Assembly: GCA_051294375.1 (NCBI GenBank)
Contig: CM119267.1
Location: 24,811,783 to 24,875,782 of the forward strand
DNA: 64,000 nt
DNA from: Paraspadella gotoi
Lineage: Eukaryota > Animalia > Chaetognatha
Direction of reading: 5' to 3'
Of this stretch, positions 12,672-25,489 are shown piece by piece. The position numbers and the translations under genes were made by a program. Numbering within the stretch: the stretch's first letter is position 1; every line of letters begins with the position of its first letter. Under the pieces are notes generated by a model. That model was given only the letters and a program-made list of their open reading frames with translations. It made no database searches and was not told the origin of the DNA.

Positions 12672-15600
12672 TCAAACGTGCGCCCGCCCACCAGGCGCTG
12701 ACCGGTTGTAGGCCGTCATCTTGCAGTGACCGTTCGTGTTTCTGGAAGCCAAGGATCGAAAGAGTTCAATCCGATAAATTCGCTGTTGTTTTTGTTAGTC
12801 GCCTTACCTGGCGTCGGTATACTTGACGGCGCAGAACTTCTTCTTTTCCGCCCGGGCGTCGCTTCTCTCGTCGAAGGCCTGTTTGTGGACGACGCGGACG
12901 GCGAGGGCCGACAGCGCCACCGTCGCAATCTGGAGCAAGGGATTTTTAGAACGACTTGATATACTATGGAGAGGCACTTGGTTCCTCGCGCCGAAATTAC
13001 ACAGCAAACGCGCTCGAATTATAATTTAATCAATTTTACTTTTATAATAATAAATAAATAATCAGTAGCCAATTGGCTTTAAACTACAATAACATTAAAC
13101 TAATCAACAAATCCTTCATCGACGACCCAAGCTCAACTCCTCTTCCACAACGGTCACCAAAAAAGCGAGTCCCCCAGCGAGGCCGGCGACGGCGGCGGTA
13201 GAAACGACAAGGCCGGGTCCGCTTCCATGACCGGCCGGCGCCGACGGGGAGACGTAAGTCACGACGGGAGATGGATGACTAAAAGCCTGGAGGATCAAAA
13301 GTGGACGTTGATGTCAGGAAATTAATGGAAGACTTAATGGAAAACAGAAGGCTTCATATTATAAAATGTGGTACCCCTTTTTTGTGACCAGAATCTGTTC
13401 CCACCAAACTACCCAATCGAATTTAATGAAATTTTACATTGAGAATGCTAATGACTATATAAATGGAACTATCGAGGCGAATTTTGATATTCAACCCCTG
13501 ACAAGAGATACAGGGCCCTGGGGATGGACCCCTGGGGGGCCAAAAAATGCTAAAAATTTTTTTTTTATTTTTCAAAATTTTTTAGTAGCATCAGGTGCAT
13601 TGACGTTTTAAACATAACAAAAAAATATTTTAGAACTAAAATTGATAAATTTGCAATAATTAAGCATGGTTGAAGATGCATGGTTCATCGTTTTACTTCC
13701 AATTTTCCCAAATTATTCCAAATCTGACTAACTGCTGATGTTCATGAAGATAAAAATTAAGGTAAATGAATATTTTTGAGGTAATAAATACGTTTTTGTG
13801 GAAGAGTAAACGTCTGTGTAACTGTTCAAAACAAAAATAATTTGCCTCGATAGTTCCATTTGTATCACTACTGGTACTCCGTATGCAAAATTTCATTAAT
13901 TTCTATTCAGTAGTTTTCTCGGAACGTGTTCTGGTCACAAAAAAGGGGTACCACATTTTATAATATGAAGCCTTCTGTATTTCCATTTATAAAGCTACAG
14001 AACTACGAAACTATGAAATATCTAAATTTTAATTGGATAACTTTGTGATTAAACTTTCTTTCGTTGTGTTTGAGTTATTTGAGATTAAAGACGAAGTCTT
14101 GTTACTTCAACGATTTTATTTTAAGGTACAGACAAGTTTCGGCTGTGTGATCAGTGCTTTGACAATTCACAATTTTCATGTTTTCCAAATGGATTTTGGG
14201 AGAGAGAGAAGAAATGGCAGGACAGTGGTGAAATGTGAGGACAGGTTTAAGTTGGTAGAGAGAGAGAGAGAGAGAGTGTGAGGGAAAAGAAATTAAATTT
14301 TTGTGAGTGAGAGAGAGAGAAAAGAGAGAGAGACAGAGAAGCAGAGGTTAACATTTGGTAGGAAAATTACATTAGATAATGTACAACAATAGTAAATCTA
14401 ATAAATAAGTAAACAGACTTAAACAAACTAAAATATTTAAATTAATTCAGATTAAAATGAATAAAGAAGTGAAATTGAGATGAAATGGAAATAAAGATGT
14501 TGAGGGATAGGTAAGTGAAAGAGTAAGTGAAAAATAAGAAAAATAAAAAGCTCAAAATAAGCTGCCCCGCCCCTGGGTCAACAATGGGGGATGCTGACGA
14601 TGTGGTCGGGTCATTGGTTTGTCACAGGCTGAGAGGCTTTTGTGGTGGAGTGCGACATGGACGGGTCCGGAAGAGACCCAGGTGGAAAGAGGCCAAGTGC
14701 AACTCGAATATCTCTCAGGCCTGATAAACCTGCCGACGGCCCTCATCTCGCCTGTTTTCGCCTGTTTCGCAACGGGAGTTACAGACTCCCTCTCCTCCTC
14801 CTGTAACCGTCTTTTTGGTGGGCGCCCGATCTGAGGAGAGTCGGACTGGGTTGTTGTTGCAGGAGAGGATGAGACATCGGACATCCCTTGCGTATCGGGA
14901 GGTCTCCGTCTGACCCGTTGAGTGGGGACAGGGGAGTCATCGTGTGGCTGTAGTGGATAGGGGCGCTCCACCACACTTTTAATAAGCAAATCATAACTAG
15001 AAGGGAGGTCGAATCGTCCTCCATCACTGTTCAGAGAGGGCTCGAGGGCTTTGAAGTAATTCGCCTCTCTAATACCTCTTGAGAACCAGTTTGGGTCATG
15101 GGACAGCACAAGACAGTTTCTCTGAACAGATGGCCAGTATTTGCCGAATGCTCTGCTACTGCCGACAGGAAGTGACCACGTGAGTCACGGTAAGGCTTTG
15201 TGTGCTGTTTGAACCGATCTGTCAGAGACTTCCCTGTCTCACCCACGTATGCTGCTGTGCAGGCATAATAGATGGCTCCTGATGTTTTCGGTCTGGGGAT
15301 TTTGTAATTCGGTTTCACCAAATGCTCACATAAAGAGCCGCGGGTCGTCATTGAAGTGGAGATCCCCTGCTTTGCTAGCACCCGCACCAATGTTTCAGTG
15401 ATCCCCTGGTGGTAGGGAGCCAAAACTTGTCTGCACCATAAAATAAAATCGTTGATGTAACAAGACTTCGTCTTTAATCTCAAATAATTGGATAACTAAA
15501 TTAATATTAAAACCTAATAAAAGTAATGATAAAATAGTAAAATAAGTACAGAAGGCTTCATATTATACAATGAGGTACCCCTTTTTTGTGATCAGAACTA

Positions 15601-18178
15601 GTTCCGAGAAAACCTATGTGAATACAAATAGAACTATCGAGGCGAATTTCAATATTTGACCTATAAGCCGAGATATGGGGCCCCGGAGGGGTCACCCATA
15701 GGGGCAAAAAAATGCTCAAAATTTTTTTTTAAATTGCTTTCATTATTTTTGTTTTGAACAGTAACAGACGTTTTCACTTCCACAAAAACATATTTATTAC
15801 CTTGTAGTATCCGGCGATCTCTCTCGATCTTCCTCTCTCCTATTCTCCTCTTCCTCCTCTTCTCTATCCTCTTCCTCTCTCGCCGATAGAGATTTTGGCA
15901 TTCGTCGATATTCGATCCTTTTGTACGTTTGCCTTTTCCTCATGGAAAATATATTATGTGGTCTACGATATCCTTCGTCTTCACTCATCATTTTCGTACG
16001 CTACAACCTCAAAAATATCAGTTTACCTTAATTTTCAGCTTCATAAACAATTGAACATCAGCAGTTCAAGTCAGATTTGGAATAATTTGGGAAAATTGGA
16101 AGTAAAATGATGAACCATGCATCTTCAAACCATGCTTATTGCTTAATTATTGAAAATTTATCAATTTTAGTTCTAAAATATTTTTTTTCATATGTTTAAA
16201 ACGTCAATGCACCTGATGCAACTAAAAAATAAAAAAAAATGGAAAAAAAAATTTTTAGCCTTTTTTGGCCTCCTTAAGGCCCTATATCTCTTGTCAGGGG
16301 TTGAATATCAAAATTCGCCTCGATAGTTTCATTTATATCGTCATTAGAACTCAATGTAAAATTTCATGAAATTCGATTGGGTGGTTTAAACAGATTCTGG
16401 TCACTTTTTTAGGGGTACTATGGCAAAGCGGCGAGGATAGCCTGTGATACCCGGGGCGCGGGGTATCTCACCAACTGCGTAGGGGCTGCGGACCCTCAGT
16501 GACCGCCTCCTGTCACTGGCATGTTTATACCGGCACCGTCACATTTAGACCAGAACCGGATACCCAGGGTTGAACCCGGACGCACGGATGGAATGAGATG
16601 ATTTAGCCTGCTCAGCCATTGAGACGAGGCTGAGGACGGACAGCAGTGAGGCAGCTTTTAAGTCTTGCTGCCCACAGGATCCCCCACCAGACTTCTCCAC
16701 AGGGGCCTCAATCCTGAGGAGATGTCTGAAGAAGTTTTGATCTCATTGCCATAGTGAGAGCAGCGGGCGGCGAGCGAGCGAGTCTGGATGTTACCAGAGA
16801 AGTAGGGCATAGGCGTGATATGCATACCCTAAGCGACGTAAGCTGTGGGCGCACGGTGCGCCAGCGTTGCGTTCGATAGTAGGGCTCACCACTTATGGCA
16901 ACGGGAGGATAGCCTGTGATACCCGGGGCGCGGGTATCTCACCAACTGGCGTAGGGGCTGCGGACCCTCAGTGACCGCCTCCTGTCACTGCGATGTTTAT
17001 ACGCCGGCACCGTCACATTTAAGCCAGAACCGGATACCCAGGGATTGAACCCGGGACGCACGGATGGAATGAGATGATTTAGCCTGCTCAGCCATGTGAG
17101 GCGAGTGTTTGTCGTAGCTTGAGGCGGGACAGCAGTGAGGCAGCTTTTAAGTCTTGCTGCCACAGTACCTCATTTTATAACATGAAACCTTCTGTATCAT
17201 ATCATAAGATATGAGAAATGATCTTAACTGCAACAAGATGTAAATGAGATTGAAGAACTCAATCTTATTTGAAATAAACCACAAATTACTGTGCTACAAA
17301 CTCACCTTGTATCTCGAGAGAGCAAAGGCGCGAAAGTCATATTTGTAGCCAGGACGCAACTGTTTGACGACGACCCAGCGACGGCGAGGAGGGAGGCGGT
17401 CGGAGACGGTCGTCCACAACCGGGGACGACCCTCTTGCCAGCCGATTGAGTCCTAAAAGGAGGGAAAGAGAATTGAGGCCTTTTCTGATTTGAAAATGGA
17501 TTTAAACGAAAGTCCCCACCCCTTTACGAACTGACCTTGGATCGATACTGCAGCAGATAAAAATCGGCGGCGACCGAGGAGTTTCCGTAAAGGGCGGAGG
17601 AAGCGAAGGAGACGTTGACGGCGTTGTGGAGGTCAACGGCGGAGACTCTGAGTCGACGAGGGGCGGAGGGGCGAGGGAGGGTGGCTAAAGGAGTCGGGGG
17701 TGGGTAACGAGGGTGGTGAGGATCGAGGAAGCGGTCGTCCACGAGAGGAGAATCACCGCCGTTTATGAGCGTCTTCCGTGGAACGTCGGAAGAGGAGTCG
17801 GTGTGGTTCGCGTCGTCCAGAGATTTGGTGCGGATGCGAATAACCTGAATTTTTACGAGATAAGGATGAAGAAAGGATTTTTATTTACGATTTGAGAAAG
17901 GGCAATCAATAAATAACTTCAGAGAATAACAACAACAACAACAATGAAAGACCTTAGAGAACATGGCGTCTCCCGATCTCGTCTTCGCCTGAACAGAAAA
18001 TTCGTAAATGGCGTCAGGAAGAAGATCATCGACACCGAAAGACGTGGCGTCGTTGGGACGAATGGATACCGTTCTCCAGTCCACCTTTAATAAAACCATT
18101 TCAACGGTTTTAATATTTAATCAATTATTTAATAATCTATAGTAAGCTTAATTGTTTTAATGTCATTAGAAGCGCAGT

Positions 18179-18233
<55 letters not shown>

Positions 18234-21125
18234 TAATAAATAAAAGAAAACAACAAAGAACTCACCTTGTCCCTCCCCAGCCGCTTGAACCACAGGACGT
18301 ACTGCAGTTCAAGACCAGAATTAAAAGCGGGTAGCCAGGCCACCCGGGCCGAAAATCGTCGCGTGGTCACGGTGATGTTGTAGGGGGCGTGGGGTGTTGT
18401 GGTCTCGATGATGAGGCGGGTGCCGGCGACCACTGTGGTGACGACGTTGGTGGCGAGACACTCGAACCGACCCGCGTCGCGGCGACGAAGATTAGAGACG
18501 GTGAGGTTGCCACGACGAAGGACGGCGCGGTCACGGGGGAGAGAGTCGGAAGAGGAGGAGAAGGAAGGAGTGGCGCCGATGGCGTCGTCGAGACCGCCGC
18601 CGGGAGATCCGGCCTTTCGCCAAACGATGCTCGGCGTCGGATCACCCTCGGCGTCGCAGTGAAAAGTTACGGAGTCCTGGGGGATTTAAGGGATTTAAGG
18701 CAAAATAAAATACCAGGATAGCATTTCATTCATTATTTTTACATATTCAATTTATATGTGAAACTAATAAATGGAACGTAAATAAATGTAATACAAACAT
18801 ATGTAATCCTTCACCTTGAGCATGCGCTGTTCGTACTCGCGCGGTCGGACGACGAAACGCGGGGGATCTCGCACCAAGACGCGGACGGGTTTGGAAGTCG
18901 GCCCCGCCCCCAAAGAGTTGAAGGGTGTGCATGAGTAGACGCCCTCGTGGCGGGCGGCCGCGGCGGACAGCGCCAGCGAGAGCCCGTTGTCGAGAAAGGT
19001 GAAGTCTGGCGGGCGACGGTGTCGCCATTGACGGCGGTGGTTGGAAGACGCCGATGAGGAATGACCGCCGGCAACCACGTGGGCGGTGAGCGGACCTTTT
19101 TGGGTGATTAAATTTTTCAACTTCACCCCGTGTCTCTCTCTCTCTCACACTCACTCACTCACTCCCTCTTTCACTCTCACCATTTCAATTTCCCTTCACA
19201 AACTAATTCTATTCTGTTCACAACTTAAATCTGTCCTCAATATTTGACCATTGTCTTTTTCTCAACTCTGTGTTGGAAACTTTGCCCCCTCTCTCTCCTT
19301 CTCTCTCTCTCTCATCATCTCTCTCTTTTATGCACAAATTTGGTAAATATTTAACAAATCTGTCAACGCTGATAAAGGCTTATAAACAAAGCCGAAACAT
19401 GTCCGTTTCTAAATTGAAATAAAACAAATCGTTTTAAATATATTCCTGCAAATCACGAAAGGATTACACAATAAAATCAGTTATTCAAAATTATTCAATT
19501 AAACTATTTAAAAAAAAACTTCTGAGCTGAGCCTAACCATGCTTGGCCTCCACCCTCGGTGCTCTCAAAGCCTCTCCGTCTTTGACCCAATTGACGTGAC
19601 TGACGGGCGGGTTGGCCTCGGCGCGGCAAGGGATCGCGCCCGGATCGGCCTTGGGTAGGTAAAGGATCTTTGCGGCGCCGGGGAGGATTTTGGGAGGGTA
19701 AGTTACGTTGAGGAAAGCCTTGGCCGTCGCGGAGGAGAGGCCGTTGGAAGCGGAGCAGAAGAACCAACCTATGGGTTCGACGATACGATGAAATGAATTA
19801 AAATTATTATAGAGGAAAAACCGACTCACCCGTATCAGACCCGAAGGCTGAGGATAAAACGAGCGCGCCGTCGGGAAGAAGGGTGGCGCGGGCGGAGAGG
19901 CCCTCCACGCTGCCCACGGGGATGTCCATCTCTCGCGTCGACCATCTGTAGCAAAGAAGTGGGAGTTAGGTTCAATATTGATCATGTCATGTCACTAAAC
20001 CCTTCCCTCCCCTCTCCGACGAAACTCGCCGGTATGTGATGTTGGCGGGTCGGGCTTCGGCGCCGCAAGACAGTTGAACGCGCTGACCCTCCTTGACAGT
20101 GGTGTTCATCGGCGGCGTCATGATGAAGACGCCGCCCTGGAGGACGACCTTGATGGAATGCGTCGCGTCACCGACGGAGTTCTCGGCGCGACAGACGTAG
20201 ACGCCGGCGTCTTTGCGGGTCACGTGATAAATGAGGAGGGCGCCGCCGTCGAGTGAGACGCGGGCGTCCGTCGCCAGGGGGAAACCGTCGCGATACCAGA
20301 ACATTTCCGGAGAGGGTTTGCCTGGAAAGTGAAATGGGGGATAGAAAGTTCTCTCTTTTCATGTTTAGCATTATTATTATCTCTCCCTCTCTCTCTCTCA
20401 CCTTCTGCCTGACACTTTAGCGCCAATGTGCCGCCCTCTTTGAGGATGATGGTTGAGGGGGAAGTCTCGAGGAGTCGAGGCGGAGAGAGAATCGAGAGAA
20501 AGACCCAAGTTCCGTTGGGCGATGGCATGTCCTCGGGGACACGATTCATGTAGGTGATTAGGCAGTGATACCTGAAGAATATTCCGGTCATAAAAATAAA
20601 AGGTCAGCGAATCTCGGATATTCTGTGGAGAGACTGACCATCCCTCGTCTTCGCGAGTCAAGTCCCACATTCGCACGTTGGCTGGATTGGTCATCTTGAC
20701 CCTGTCAAGGTAGGGCGCCTCCAGATGGGGAGGGTAGCCGGGAAAGCGAAAGAAAAGAGGCTTCTTCGCTCCGAGTTTTGTCCACTTGAAGGTGTAGGGG
20801 ATCCACTTCCCGTCGCCGGGGAACTCCACCTAAAAATGGGATGAAGAATGTTATATCATAAATTCATAATAAATTAATTCAATTTTATAACAAAACTGAC
20901 CTTGCATGAAAGAATTGTTTCTCCCCCGACGCTGCCGCTGCAGTTGGTGTGAGGAAGATGGGACAGTTCGTGATAAGAGGAAGAGGAGATGGAGGAAGAG
21001 GAGAGGGAGGAAGAGGAGAGGGAGGAAGAGAAAAGAGAGGAAGAGGATGACGAGGAAGGGAAGTGAGAAAAGAGAAAGAAGACGAGGAAAAGTCCAAAAT
21101 ATTTGGCGCTAATGATGAGCTCCAT
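12672..21125 (-). CDS. Turtle/IgSF9-type cell adhesion receptor, paralog B (5 Ig + 2 FN3 + TM + short tail), 14 exons
   Basis: Same domain order as paralog A: signal peptide at 21125, near-identical Ig1, TM VAGLAGGLAFLIATVALSALAV, stop at 12672-12674. One GC-AG intron (19946-20029). Confidence 0.85.
13345..13977. mobile_element. Tc1/mariner-type MITE, family D
   Basis: TIR CAGAAGGCTTCATATTATAAAATGTGGTACCCC... at both ends. Confidence 0.8.
14560..15425 (-). mobile_element. Penelope-like element 3' fragment (GIY-YIG endonuclease, frameshifted)
   Basis: PYHQGITETLVRVL..SGAIYYAC..YVGETGKSLTDRFKQH..SAVAEHSANTGH..NWFSRGIREANYF..PSLNSDGGRFDLPSSY. Confidence 0.85.
15549..17194. mobile_element. MITE family D, with the TRIM nested in its right TIR
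   Basis: Same TIRs and TA flanks; the TRIM interrupts the GGGGTAC|CTCATTTT part of the TIR. Confidence 0.8.
16419..17164 (-). mobile_element. TRIM-type non-autonomous LTR retroelement (LTR family A)
   Basis: Two direct repeats of about 260 bp (16894-17164, 16419-16676) with TGTGGC...TTGCCATA ends and a 217-bp internal region. PBS-like TGGTGAGCCC lies 2 nt inside the 5' LTR and a purine tract precedes the 3' LTR. 4-bp TSD GTAC. Confidence 0.85.
19365..19407 (+). ncRNA. Hammerhead ribozyme variant (core G8>A, probably inactive)
   Basis: aacg CTGATAA a GGCTT-ataaaca-AAGCC GAAA CATGTC cgtt. Confidence 0.6.
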
Positions 21126-24075
21126 CTTGAAGATATTTTTTTAAATTTCAATCAATCCAATATCAGTCTGATTATCTGATTATCTCTCACAAAAACATTT
21201 CCAAACATGAAAATATTAGCACCGCAAATTGAGACCGGGTTTGCGTGTTCAGTCGTGTCGATATCATCAATAATTAATTATTTGCCGCGAATTTTTGATG
21301 TTGGAAGTTGCGTTGGTTAGTTGATTCGTTGTGTTCAATCAGTGCTCTTTTGTCTTATATTAATGAAAGTGATCGCGTTGATTTCTTTGACCGAATCGTG
21401 AAAGCGCCATCGTCTCACGGTGTCGTTGGTGTCGCGCGTGACACGACGACCAGCTAGACTGACGCTTACATGGTGACGGACTGATTACACGCGGTCACGT
21501 CTCAGCTGAAAAAATCAAAATCGAATAAAAAACTCAAAACGTGAGCATCGATGCACAAAGAATGAGCGAAAAAATATATAAGTAAAATGACATGTGCGAA
21601 TACAAAATAAACAGATGGTAAACAAAACCTGTAAAGATTCCTTTCTAAAAATAAAGACCTTCTTGATCAGTATATATAACGTTTATACGTGTAAGAAATA
21701 CTGGAAGTTTAGAAAAAACTTTAATTAGGAAGACGCTATAGAAAAAGAAGCCAGTGACTTTCTTATATTTTTATATCGATAGATGTGGAATGACGGGAAT
21801 ATTGTAAATCTCAAGTTTCGCTTTAATTGTGAAGAAATCTTAGGAAACCCATCAAAATTCCACCCCTTTTTTTCAACATTCTTGCCTTTTAAGATTTTCG
21901 CCGATTCTGACTTCCTCTTACAAACTTATAATTCCGCTAGTTAATTTTTTTTTCTTAAACGAGCGAAGGGAATCCACAACTTTCTGTTATTTATGATTTC
22001 TGGGTAAAAAATATAATAAATTAAATTAACATTGAGATATTATGAAAGTGTAATATCTTATAAAGCCTGGGAGAGTTAAATAATTAAAAAATTCGCTTAT
22101 TTATTATTGAAAAATAATATCAAAGTGAAGAAGTTGAATGGCTTCCGGCTCCTTCAGTAAACATCCCTGTTTTCTTCGATAAGATAATGTTCACTTTTTG
22201 CTGGAGGAAAAGAAGGATAAATACTTAGGCTGTGATGGGTAAATAATATTTTGTAGAATTTTGTAAGCATGCTTGTTAAAATCAGACAAGCCAATATTTA
22301 AGTGACAAAAATTCACATTTTCTTTATCCAAAAAACTTTAAAGTTTTACTAGGGTACAATTTACCCTTTTTCTTTCAGAATCATTAAAAAGAATTAAATT
22401 TTCATTTATTCTTAAGGGGTGTCATTAGTTTTAAAATTCATTATAATTTTGACTTAGTTTGACACTCACCCTGTAAGGAGGTTTCAGCATAAGTAATTCT
22501 AAAATTATATCTTGTATGTGCCCTATGATTATGGCTTCATTTTGGTACTATTGCCATCCCTTTATCTTTATTCCTTCAAAAGATATTAGGAAAATCAGTT
22601 TTTTTCTCAACCTTCTTTAATTTCTTTTTAAATAAATTCAAACTGGACTATTTAATTTAAACCTGATCATTTTATGTCAAAAACATTATAAAATGAAAAA
22701 AAGAAAAATAGGACAAGCTCTTCAGACACAAAGCTATCAGAATCGCGAAATTTGAAGTCGCTCATGTAACAGGAACATATAGCAATCCTGTTTGCCAATT
22801 TTTAAGTTTGTAAACTTTCCCTTTCATTTCTATAGTAAAAATGAGGTTTGAAAATTCTCCGGAGATGAGTAGTGCATTTCCCCTGGCTTGTTTGATATTA
22901 AATCCTTTATCAAATGCCATTAAACGAATAGGACAAGCTCTTTCAGATGTAACGCTCTGAATAGTGGTTTTTTACAAGTGTTTTTTACGAATTTCTGGCA
23001 ACGCGTTTGCAATTTGGGTAGTCAGATTTGAACGGAATTCTCTATTAGAAAAATGTTGATTTTTTTAAAGCGAGATTCTTGTCTACTTTAATAGATTCTA
23101 TTGGTATTGGTTCGAATCTCACTTTAATAGATGCTATTGCTATTGGTTCGAATCCCACTGCTGCCACCACATTTAAGTAAGTAGACAGAGATTTCAACAT
23201 GAAACCAAAGTGGATTTTATTCTTAGAAAATTCACAAGCAAAGACGGTGTCAGAATTTGAGACAGAATGGATTCAATACAAAATGGTCTGGTATTTATAC
23301 AATACAATCGGATCATCGACACGGGCTCGTTTCTCGATGGCATGATGCCTCTCTTTTCATTGGTCCGTTTCGATGATGATTCAGCCAATCACAGAGTCCT
23401 TGGTAAATTTTATCCGAGTCGCCGATCCGATTCCATCTTTTGGTTCTGATTCCATCTGCGATGGTAGTTTCTTCAAATTGACCCTGGAAACGCCACCACT
23501 CCAAAAGGAAAAGGCGATTTCAATCACAGCTTTTTCTCAATATCAATGATAATCTTCTCCTCCTCCACGCCCCCTCGATTCACACCCTCATTTTCTTCCT
23601 CTTCACCTACTCCTCCTCCACGCCCCCTCATAAAAAATTTTAACTAGCAAGCTTTCAAAATATTTATGTTTTCGTTGGTCAAAATTAAGAAAGAGTAATG
23701 AAAAGTTATCGAAAAAAATGGATGAGATGCGATGATTATAATAGGTTTTTTCATATTTTTTACATACTTATGATCAAAATATCGAAAAAAAGAATTATAA
23801 CTTTGTGTAGAACAACTTTTTGCAAGCTACCTGAATCTGATTAATAAAAAAAAAAAATCGCAAAAAAATTTTAGCTTCCTATTTATAAAATAATAGTTAA
23901 AAAATTAATATATGGAGTAGGAGTAATATAAAAAAATTTTGTCTATTTCAAATTTTTTAAAAAAATGTTAAAATTTTCGTTTGAGCAGGTGGCTTAATGT
24001 CAGATTTCTTAACACCTTACAGAGTTAGTCTCCCCTATCCTTATCTTTCTTCCTTTTCACCTCCTCCTTCCTCCG

Positions 24076-24312
24076 TCATCTCCTCTCGCGCCCTCCTCGT
24101 CGAAGACATCCTCCTCTTCCTCCATCTTTTTTTAGGTCGAGGAAGCCGACCCACTTGACGGCAGACAGCCGTCGAAAATCATTGGCGCCACACCGTGGAC
24201 GCGCCGGATTCCCGTTTCGAAGTCGAAGGCCGTAGACGATGGCGCCGCGTCGGACGACGGCGTCGTCAGGAAAGGATCGTCGGCGCCTGAAATAGGGGCA
24301 GGACTCGGAGAT
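24076..24312 (-). other. Second, partial copy of the CBF-beta 3' half (probably the alternative haplotype or an over-filled gap)
   Basis: About 23630-24312 is near-identical to about 25150-26412 apart from scattered 1-bp indels and one insertion. The two copies flank the 25-N gap. Confidence 0.6.
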
Positions 24313-24632
24313 CTTTCGGGGAAGAAAAGAAGAATGCGGAGGCAGAATCGAGATTAGGAATGTCCTAAGATTCGTCTTATTGACGAACGTTGATTCTGAC
24401 GTCGTTTGTTGACGAAGCTTGTAACGGCAGTGTGAGACACAGATGGTGACGTAATTGGTACACAGCTTGTGAACAGGTTCCGATCCGGCGTTCATCTCGA
24501 CCCCGCTCGATTGGCGAGCCGTCGGTTGATTTTCGAACGAGAATGTTTGCAGATTCAGCGTGGCCGAGGCGCAATGAAAAACTCCGCCCTCGAGGATGAT
24601 TGGATCGAAGAAAGTCGAGGTTCGGCTTCCGT

Positions 24633-24657
24633 NNNNNNNNNNNNNNNNNNNNNNNNN
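24633..24657. other. Assembly gap (25 N)
   Basis: Run of 25 n. Confidence 0.99.
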
Positions 24658-25489
24658 GATTCACACCGTCCTTTCTTCCTCTTTTCCTCCTCCTCCTCCA
24701 CGCCCCTCAATCACACATCCTTCTCTTCTTCCTCTTCACCTCCTCCACGCCCCCTCAATTCACATCCTTATCTTTTTCTCTCACCTCCTCTCCTCAACGC
24801 CCCCCTCCATTCACACCATCCTTCTCTTCTCCCTCACCTCCTCCTCCTCGACGCCCCCTCAATTCACAACATCCTTCTCTTCTTCCTCTTCACCTCTTCA
24901 TCCCCTCTCTTTATTCCATCCATCGTTATTAGAAATCACTGAAATTTAATATTCAATAGGGGCGGGGGTTCTAAAACTTTTAGTCTTGAAGTCACTTTTA
25001 GGTAAAAAAGAATATTTTTTAAAAAAAAATTCGATTTTAATAGCTTTTATTGTTGCTATTAAAATTACAATATTACTAACTCAATTCGATAAACAATAAA
25101 AATTTTAATCAATCTTAACTTTTTTCTGATGGATTCTTATAGCGAGCATAAAAAGTTAATAAAAAATTTAACTACAACTTTCAAAAATATTTTATGTTTC
25201 CTTGGTCAAAATTAAGAAAAAGTAATAAAATTATCGAAAAAAATGATGTGATGCATGATTATAAATAGGTTTTCATATTTTTTACATACTTATGATCAAA
25301 ATATCGAAAAAAAGAATTATATCTTTGTGTAGACAACTTTTTGCAAGCTACCTGAATCTGATTTAAAAATAAAAAAATCGCAAAAAAAATTTTTAGCCTT
25401 TCCTATTTATAAATAAATATTAAAAAATTAATATATGAGTATGGAGTAATATAAAAAATTTTGTCTATTCAAATTTTTTAAAAAATGTC

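Noticed and set aside
23194-23520. Possible extra exon downstream of CBF-beta, and unique segment 24313-24632
   Set aside because: No recognisable homology or reliable splice partners, and the region is of low sequence quality.
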